Origin: Nemertoderma westbladi
Taxonomy: Eukaryota; Animalia; Xenacoelomorpha
Assembly (NCBI GenBank): GCA_032718475.1
Contig: JAUCBJ010006452.1
Coordinates: 10,949-74,948, forward strand
Direction of reading: 5' to 3'
DNA length: 64,000 nt
The translations under genes were made by a program, and so were the position numbers. Numbering within the stretch: position 1 is the first letter of the stretch; each line of letters starts with the position of its first letter. Below the pieces are notes generated by a model that saw only the letters and a program-made list of their open reading frames with translations, ran no database searches and was not told the DNA's origin. Shown in pieces: positions 57,663-64,000 of this stretch.

Positions 57663-58046
57663 ATGAATAGACTTGTGCAGAAATATCGTAACGAACTGGA
57701 ATTTCTACGCAGCGCTACCCCTCAACAAAGAACTTATTTTATTAACCATACCGCGAGTAACGAATTAATACGACTCATTGTAAATACTGCATTAAATGTT
57801 CTAAAAGGTAACGTACAATTGACTCCTCATTCATTTAGAAATATTCGCCGCTATAAGAAGGTATTGAAATCACTCAACCGTAAAACAAAAAATATATCAA
57901 GTTACAGAAAAAAGTTAAGCAATCAATCTGGAGGCATACTACCCTTTCTAATACCCTTACTCGGCATTGGTGCAAAACTTGCCGCGAGTGCTGGCGCCGC
58001 TGCCGCTGGAGCGGCTATTGCGAAAAAAATTAACCGTGGACGGTAA
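57663..58046 (+). CDS. Polinton small virion protein with adenovirus pX-like C-terminus
   Basis: Basic region followed by QSGG-ILPFLIPLLG (cf. adenoviral MRGG-ILPLLIPLIA). Confidence 0.75.
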   Translation: MNRLVQKYRNELEFLRSATPQQRTYFINHTASNELIRLIVNTALNVLKGNVQLTPHSFRNIRRYKKVLKSLNRKTKNISSYRKKLSNQSGGILPFLIPLLGIGAKLAASAGAAAAGAAIAKKINRGR

Positions 58047-58054
58047 TAATAATA

Positions 58055-58225
58055 ATGGTTAAAACGGACGTAACATTTAGAAAATTATATTTAGTATCGA
58101 GTAAACCGTTAGCTACTGATTTAAAACCACAAGATATACCTAGAGTAAATACTACAAAAAGAAAACCATTCAAAACATCAACTTCCAAGAAAATAATTAA
58201 AAAATTTCAGTTGTTTTTGCGGTGA
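58055..58225 (+). CDS. Small basic Polinton ORF (56 aa)
   Basis: MVKTDVTFRKLYLVS..., with the same AATAATAATG start context as neighbouring genes. Below the ORF-track cutoff. Confidence 0.45.
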   Translation: MVKTDVTFRKLYLVSSKPLATDLKPQDIPRVNTTKRKPFKTSTSKKIIKKFQLFLR

Positions 58226-58276
58226 TGCCCTTTATAAGAGATTTAAATATACATATTACTTGCGGATGTCGAAAAG

Positions 58277-59365
58277 ATGCCACGCAAGATGAAACCGATT
58301 TTAAGCCGAAGCTTAGACAAAAAACTGTCAAGAATTTATTTAGATCCTTCATCCCCAGGGGGTTTTGCAAGTGTTGCAAAATTAGCAAAAGCTGCAAACA
58401 TCAAACCAGCTCAAGCTCAGAAATGGTTGAGCGGGCAAAAGACATACACCCTTCACGCACCACGTAGACATCATTATCCAACATCTAAAATATTTACGGG
58501 TGGTTTAAAAGATATATATATGATAGATTTGGTGGATATGCAGCAATATAAATCGCAAAATAATAATTATAACTATATATTAACGTGTATTGATGCCTTC
58601 AGCCGGCTTGCTTTTGCATATGGTATGAAAACAAAAACAGGTATTGAGATTATTAGTATATTGCAAAAAATATTCCAAAAGGGTAAACCAAACAGAATCG
58701 CCACGGATCAAGGTTCTGAGTTTCTAAATAAATCTGTAAGAAAATATTTAGATACGTTAGGTATACAGTATTACGTAATGTACTCTGTGAATAAGGCGGC
58801 TATTGTTGAGAGATTCAATCGCTCCTTAAAAACAAAGATGTTCAAAATTTTCACACAACGAGGAAATAATGTTTGGATAAAAATTTTACCTAAGCTTATC
58901 TCAGCTTATAATAGGTCGTATCATAGGACTATACAAATGACGCCCATTGAAGTTAATAAATTTAATGAAACTGAATTAATGAATAGATTATATGGGAGAT
59001 ATAGACAGATAAATCACAAGAAAATAAAATTTAAAGTTGGTGATACAGTACGATTATCTATTGCTCGCACTGCTTTTGCTAAAGGCTATCGTGAACAGTG
59101 GACACGAGAATTATTTTTTATTCATCGTGTCAGGTTGGATAGAGTACCTGCGGTAATGTTCGATATTAAGGACAGCGCCGGAGCTATAATAAAGGGTTCA
59201 TTTTATTCTCACGAACTCCAAAAGGTCCACCCGAATAGTAATATTTATCTTCCGATTGACAAAAATATTGGCAAACTTAAAGAACGTGTACGCAACGGGA
59301 AAAAAGAATATTTAGTCCGTTTCATCGGATCCAAGAAACAGTCTTGGGTGCAACACGTTCAATAA
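58277..59365 (+). CDS. Polinton retroviral-like integrase with chromo-like C-terminus
   Basis: Motifs IDLVDM, CIDAFSR, TDQGSEF, VERFNRSLK and KKEYLVRFIG..SWV. Confidence 0.95.
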   Translation: MPRKMKPILSRSLDKKLSRIYLDPSSPGGFASVAKLAKAANIKPAQAQKWLSGQKTYTLHAPRRHHYPTSKIFTGGLKDIYMIDLVDMQQYKSQNNNYNYILTCIDAFSRLAFAYGMKTKTGIEIISILQKIFQKGKPNRIATDQGSEFLNKSVRKYLDTLGIQYYVMYSVNKAAIVERFNRSLKTKMFKIFTQRGNNVWIKILPKLISAYNRSYHRTIQMTPIEVNKFNETELMNRLYGRYRQINHKKIKFKVGDTVRLSIARTAFAKGYREQWTRELFFIHRVRLDRVPAVMFDIKDSAGAIIKGSFYSHELQKVHPNSNIYLPIDKNIGKLKERVRNGKKEYLVRFIGSKKQSWVQHVQ

Positions 59366-59605
59366 GCTTAGGTTTATACTGTATATTAATTCATTTTGTC
59401 CGCATATGACCGTAATCAATCAATATTAACTCGAATGATATTACTATATCTATAGTTCAACCGCTTTAAATAAAGTCAGTAAAATATTGATCTCTCGCAT
59501 ATACGGTAGAAGATGCGATGATGAACGTGGTCACAGATGTCTATAATTTAACATTATACTGTATGTACAAAGGAGTCAAGTAGAGAGAGAGCTTAAATAA
59601 TAATA

Positions 59606-60478
59606 ATGGCCACAGATACATATATCACTCTACTTTCAGATAGCTCATTAAGCACTTACCCCAATAATAATCCTAGCGAGTTTACTGTTGATTTAGCCGA
59701 AGAATTATATATTGGTCCAAACGCTAAAATTGGTCTAGCGGAACTTCAATACCAAGCAACATACAGTAATATTACGCTGCAAACTCAAATCTCGCTGTCA
59801 ATCGGCGTCGATGCCAAGGATGCCAAATTATACAGTTTATTTCCTGGTATGCATAGCTCTATTCAAGTCATTATTGATGATATAAATAAACTGTTTAATT
59901 CTGAAGCAAAATATAGAGATTTCGAATTCATTTTTAATACAAATAATTCTAGAATTAAATTTAAATTTCCTAAAAAGTTGAAAAAAATACAATTAAGTCT
60001 ACGCGGTGATTTAATACAAATTCTAGGTTTAAAACCGTTATTGGATCAGAATCATCAGAGTATTCCGAATTGGGATATATACAGTACCACTACAGTAGAT
60101 GAATTAAGCAATATAGAACAGCCGATATTAATTTTAAATTATAGAGGAGCAAAAATTTCGGAAATTGGTATTTTAGATTTTCCAGCACCCACGAATATTA
60201 CACGCAATAAAGACACTATCTTCATATATACTGATATTATTGAGAGCTCATTTGTTGGTGACGCTTTAGCGCCGCTCTTAAGAACCTGCCCTTTAACGCA
60301 ATTAAATCGAAAATATATTAATCACGAATACGAGAGCATTTGCTATTTCCCCTTGTTGAATAAAAAACTAAAAACAATCTTAATTACTTTACGAGACGGA
60401 CAGGGGCAACTAATTAATTTCAACGGAGGTCGCACTGTTACAACACTTAAGTTAATACGTGGTGGCAACGATGGATGA
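59606..60478 (+). CDS. Polinton minor capsid (penton-like) protein 1
   Basis: YITLLSDSS..YPNNNPSEFTV..IFIYTDIIE..VGD..APLLR..Y.PL..I.L.D..G..INF. Confidence 0.85.
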   Translation: MATDTYITLLSDSSLSTYPNNNPSEFTVDLAEELYIGPNAKIGLAELQYQATYSNITLQTQISLSIGVDAKDAKLYSLFPGMHSSIQVIIDDINKLFNSEAKYRDFEFIFNTNNSRIKFKFPKKLKKIQLSLRGDLIQILGLKPLLDQNHQSIPNWDIYSTTTVDELSNIEQPILILNYRGAKISEIGILDFPAPTNITRNKDTIFIYTDIIESSFVGDALAPLLRTCPLTQLNRKYINHEYESICYFPLLNKKLKTILITLRDGQGQLINFNGGRTVTTLKLIRGGNDG

Positions 60479-61316
60479 ATTCTACGTCAGGTTGCCTAGT
60501 AACTCTTGTCCAATTGATTTTCCCCGCAATAGTGCCAGCAATTATCAGATCAATTTCCACGGTGCCTTACCTATACACCCAAACGAAAACTGGGTGGTAG
60601 GTATAAAAAGTATTTTTTATTTAGCAACATTACCGAGCATGTACAATAATGTTGAGAATGTTATTTTATTAAAAAAAGGGAAAAAAATTTTTGAGGATAC
60701 ACTTCCATCTGGTTTGTTCTACAGTATCAATGACATTATAGATTATTTTAACACGGGGGCATTGAAAGATAAATTACAAATAGTTGAAAATACTCAGCAA
60801 AATAGGTTGCAATTTATTTTAGGGAAAGCGGTGCGAGAGTTATTTATAGGTCAACAATTAGCCTATTATTTTGGAATTACTGAAAATAATCTCGGTGCGA
60901 ATTTAAATCCAAATTTTAAAATTATTTTGAAGACGAAAAATAACATAAAGGGTTATTTAATAAAGGTTGTCGGAAATGAAGAAAAAGCTTACCAGATGGT
61001 ATTTTTATGCCCACAACCACCCAATTCTATTCCAGAACCTAAGTCGAACATGTACGTGACTACTAATATAATTGAAAATCAATATATTAATGACTTTGGT
61101 TTAGCTTTACTTCGTCGTGTCGCGATACCTGATGACGTGAAATATGGTAGTGTAATAAATAAAGAATTTGCCAAGGATACAATTCATTATATCTCTGTAA
61201 AAAAATCATATAAGATAACATACATTCATATTGAAATAACAGACAAAGAAGGAAAAGATTTAAATTTTGAATACAGGACAACATCTATTACTTTACACTT
61301 TAAAAAAATAAATTAA
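60471..61316 (+). CDS. Polinton minor capsid (penton-like) protein 2
   Basis: FYVRLPSNS..FPRNSASNY..MYVTTNIIE..LLR..ITLHFK. Paralog of the upstream gene. Confidence 0.85.
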   Translation: MDEFYVRLPSNSCPIDFPRNSASNYQINFHGALPIHPNENWVVGIKSIFYLATLPSMYNNVENVILLKKGKKIFEDTLPSGLFYSINDIIDYFNTGALKDKLQIVENTQQNRLQFILGKAVRELFIGQQLAYYFGITENNLGANLNPNFKIILKTKNNIKGYLIKVVGNEEKAYQMVFLCPQPPNSIPEPKSNMYVTTNIIENQYINDFGLALLRRVAIPDDVKYGSVINKEFAKDTIHYISVKKSYKITYIHIEITDKEGKDLNFEYRTTSITLHFKKIN

Positions 61317-61317
61317 A

Positions 61318-61887
61318 ATGGATTCCGATTTATTTCAAAGATACAGTAAACCTCAATATGGTGGCTCAGACTCTAATCTTGCTGTTTTTAAAGGCGGTAG
61401 AAATACGAGAGGCTCGACGCAAGTTCCTGTTTTTCGTGGTGGTTCATATATTGACCCTTACGGACAACAAATTGGTGCATTTGGTCCAAACTTAAAACAA
61501 CGTCGTTTTCAACGTTATCGTAGAGGTATGCAGGCAAATCAACACGGGGAAGGTATATTTACAGAGGCTTTATCTACATTGAAAAAATTTGGTAAACCAT
61601 TAGCAAAAAAAGTGTTACAAAAAGCTTTACCATTTACCACAAAATTTATGAGACAACACGTAATACCAAAAGGTAAGCGGGTCTTACATCAGCAGGCTAA
61701 TACGGTTATTAATAAAGCATTAAATAAAATGAAACCGTCAACCAGATCTGTTGTAGAAAAAGTTTATAGAGACTTAAAGCGACCGACTAGACAACCAATG
61801 TCTATGAACATACCTCATCATCGTAGTAAAAATAGAAAAATAAAAAAAGGCAAACTGAAAAAACACTGCGAAAAAAGTATTTTTTAA
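61318..61887 (+). CDS. Basic Polinton core-like protein
   Basis: Lys/Arg-rich, with QYGG and QHGEG-IF protease-site-like motifs. Confidence 0.7.
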   Translation: MDSDLFQRYSKPQYGGSDSNLAVFKGGRNTRGSTQVPVFRGGSYIDPYGQQIGAFGPNLKQRRFQRYRRGMQANQHGEGIFTEALSTLKKFGKPLAKKVLQKALPFTTKFMRQHVIPKGKRVLHQQANTVINKALNKMKPSTRSVVEKVYRDLKRPTRQPMSMNIPHHRSKNRKIKKGKLKKHCEKSIF

Positions 61888-61889
61888 TA

Positions 61890-63149
61890 ATGTCAATTAT
61901 TAAGGAATTAGATTTATTTTCTACACAGCCAATACAGACTGAATTTAAAGCAAAGCATTATGAAACAATTTATCCAGTATCCAATCTCCGAAGTGAATCT
62001 AGGGAGGTCATGTTTCTTATCCCAAGATCCAATGAATTCTATACGAAACTGCAAGATGCGTTATTAATTACAAAATGTACAGTACGCTGGGATAGACAAG
62101 CTGAAAACTCTCATATATATATGCTGAATTACCCTTCAGGGACTATGTGGAGTGATATTAAAATAGACCTTAATGAGAAGCAGGTTGAAAATAGCAATAA
62201 CCATTATTTCTACAAGTCTTACTTATCCAATTTACTATTTACAACTTACGAGGATAAAAACGGGTTACTGGGGGCGGGTGGTTTTCAACAACCTTTTTCC
62301 GAACATGGAAATGAAATTGACCCCGGCGCGCATCCTATTGACGAAGCCTTTAGTAAACAAATGCAATTTGTAAGCGGGTTGACAATTGATTTTGATACTG
62401 AAACTAAAATAATACAACCCGGGTATGATTTAAGAATGCATTTTAGAAAAGTATCAAATTCGTTTATTTTTAAAATCACCCCAAACGCAAACGCAGTGAC
62501 AAATCTTCGGCTGGAATTAGATGAAATAAAGATCCTAATCCCTAGAATGGAGGTTAATCCGGTAATAGAAAGCAGTCACCTAAAAGGTTTAGAGAGCTAC
62601 GATATTGAATATCAATTTCAAAAGAAAGAGGTAACTACATTTACTATTCCCGCACAAACCACAAATTACACCCAAACAAACATATTTGATGGTAAAAAAC
62701 CCAAATTAGTTATTATCGGCTTCATAACAAATAACGCTTATTCAGGAGAATTAACTAGCAACCCCTTGAAATTTGAACATTTTAACCTTAGACGCGCGGA
62801 ACTGATTGTAGATGGTCTTCCCGTAGGAGGTGTAATATACGAGCCCAATTTTACAGATGGAACCTATATTTTTGAGTATACACAATTAATGAAGAACATT
62901 AATACATATATTAACGGTTATGGAGGTAATAATATAGACCATGAAACCTACTTAGGTAATTGTCCTCTCCTATCCTGGGAACTAACCGCCGACGGTTATG
63001 TTAGGGATCCCCAACCATCGATATATACTAATGGGCAATTAAAATTAAGATTTGCCGAACCGTTGGTTGAAACCATAAATGTAATCGTTTTTAATATTTA
63101 TGATCAATCATTAAGTTTAAATAGCAGGAAAGAAATACATATCGATTAA
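61890..63149 (+). CDS. Polinton major capsid (hexon-like) protein
   Basis: ELDLFSTQPIQT start, YFYKSYLSNLL, P..VIIGF..N.AYSG...NPLKFEHFNL. Confidence 0.88.
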   Translation: MSIIKELDLFSTQPIQTEFKAKHYETIYPVSNLRSESREVMFLIPRSNEFYTKLQDALLITKCTVRWDRQAENSHIYMLNYPSGTMWSDIKIDLNEKQVENSNNHYFYKSYLSNLLFTTYEDKNGLLGAGGFQQPFSEHGNEIDPGAHPIDEAFSKQMQFVSGLTIDFDTETKIIQPGYDLRMHFRKVSNSFIFKITPNANAVTNLRLELDEIKILIPRMEVNPVIESSHLKGLESYDIEYQFQKKEVTTFTIPAQTTNYTQTNIFDGKKPKLVIIGFITNNAYSGELTSNPLKFEHFNLRRAELIVDGLPVGGVIYEPNFTDGTYIFEYTQLMKNINTYINGYGGNNIDHETYLGNCPLLSWELTADGYVRDPQPSIYTNGQLKLRFAEPLVETINVIVFNIYDQSLSLNSRKEIHID

Positions 63150-63151
63150 GT

Positions 63152-63604
63152 ATGTTATCTACAGAGGACCTTGACATGTTTCCCGTGGGAGGTCACTATT
63201 TGGGAGCGTTTCCAGCTAACAAATTACCTAAATTAGATAATAATAAGCGGCGGGATTATGGGTTAATAGTAAATACCGATAAAGAGCATCTGCCCGGGAT
63301 TCATTGGATTGCTATATATATACGAGATAATGAAGCCGAAGTATTTGACTCGTTTGGACCAAAATATCCAAACAGATGCATCGAAAAATGGCTTGAGAAA
63401 AATTCCGCGAGGTGGCGTACTACCCGCAAACAATTTCAAGACCCTAGGCGGACCACATGCGGCCTTTACTGTCTTTATTATTTAGTAAATCGGATTCACA
63501 CAAACCATCCAATGAGCGCGTTTACAAATAATGTGGAGACAAATGAAATAATATTATATAAATGGCTTGTTAATTATTATAAAATAAACCAACAAGCGTT
63601 GTAA
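63152..63604 (+). CDS. Adenain-like cysteine maturation protease
   Basis: GIHWIA, FDSFG and Q...TCGLYC (His-Asp-Cys triad). Confidence 0.93.
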   Translation: MLSTEDLDMFPVGGHYLGAFPANKLPKLDNNKRRDYGLIVNTDKEHLPGIHWIAIYIRDNEAEVFDSFGPKYPNRCIEKWLEKNSARWRTTRKQFQDPRRTTCGLYCLYYLVNRIHTNHPMSAFTNNVETNEIILYKWLVNYYKINQQAL

Positions 63605-63635
63605 TTAATCATTTAACTTTTGTTTATCAGATAAA

Positions 63636-64000
63636 ATGGATAATATTATTTTTGTTGATTTTCAATACTATACGATAGACAATAAGGAGTATCCGGTAGT
63701 ATTTAAAGAATTTGCTATATTCGATTCTAATTATACCAAAACTAATATAAAGACGTTTTTAATTAAAGGCCCTCCTAATATTAAGTTATCGGCTTTAGAT
63801 GCAGCTCACGTAAACAATTTACGGGATATGACTTCTCACTTGCCCTGGGACTACGGCGACATAGCGCAAGACGAATTTAAAAAATATATGAAGAGACATT
63901 TAAAATATAAAAAAAATATTCATGTATTTGGCTTGATGAAGCAAGCAATATTAAACACCCAACTCGGTGTTCTCGCGCCAATTTCGGTGGAGAAATTGGG
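63636..64000 (+). CDS. Polinton accessory ORF, partial (possible DnaQ-like nuclease fold)
   Basis: Open to the window end: MDNIIFVDFQ..FKEFAI..HLPWDYGD..IHVFG..K. Confidence 0.6.
   Translation, partial: MDNIIFVDFQYYTIDNKEYPVVFKEFAIFDSNYTKTNIKTFLIKGPPNIKLSALDAAHVNNLRDMTSHLPWDYGDIAQDEFKKYMKRHLKYKKNIHVFGLMKQAILNTQLGVLAPISVEKL

Larger units (their letters stand above)
53346..64000 (+). mobile_element. Polinton/Maverick (adintovirus-like) element, left part
   Basis: AGTAGT at the point where BEL homology fades, followed by ATPase, integrase, minor and major capsid and adenain-like protease genes. PolB is not in the window. Confidence 0.92.

Overview
Repeat-dense animal (invertebrate-like) genomic DNA, apparently intronic: one host exon encodes a SAMD8/SMSr-type SAM domain (41462-41679). 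The window holds two unrelated BEL/Pao LTR retrotransposon families. Family A has copies at 1-4941 and 31598-36273. Family B has a young, full-length 18.6-kb copy at 8394-26952 (TAAAT TSD) and a deleted relative at 46178-53345. The full-length copy sits inside a non-autonomous DNA transposon, which itself splits an RTE-like LINE. Also present: a 36/37-bp satellite, a CR1 fragment, MITEs, an intronless GPI-anchor-like gene, and the left part of a Polinton/Maverick with an intact capsid/ATPase/protease/integrase module (53346-end). Most notable: (1) both BEL families carry a non-env accessory gene downstream of pol with a shared triple zinc-knuckle module, fused in family B to a DEDDy-exonuclease-like domain; (2) neither family has a tRNA-type (TGG) primer-binding site, and the bases right after the 5' LTR are instead complementary to a site inside the element's own LTR, suggesting tRNA-independent self-priming; (3) both families have Gag-protease-only derivatives whose deletions preserve the reading frame. 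All family assignments come from motif recognition by eye; no searches were run.
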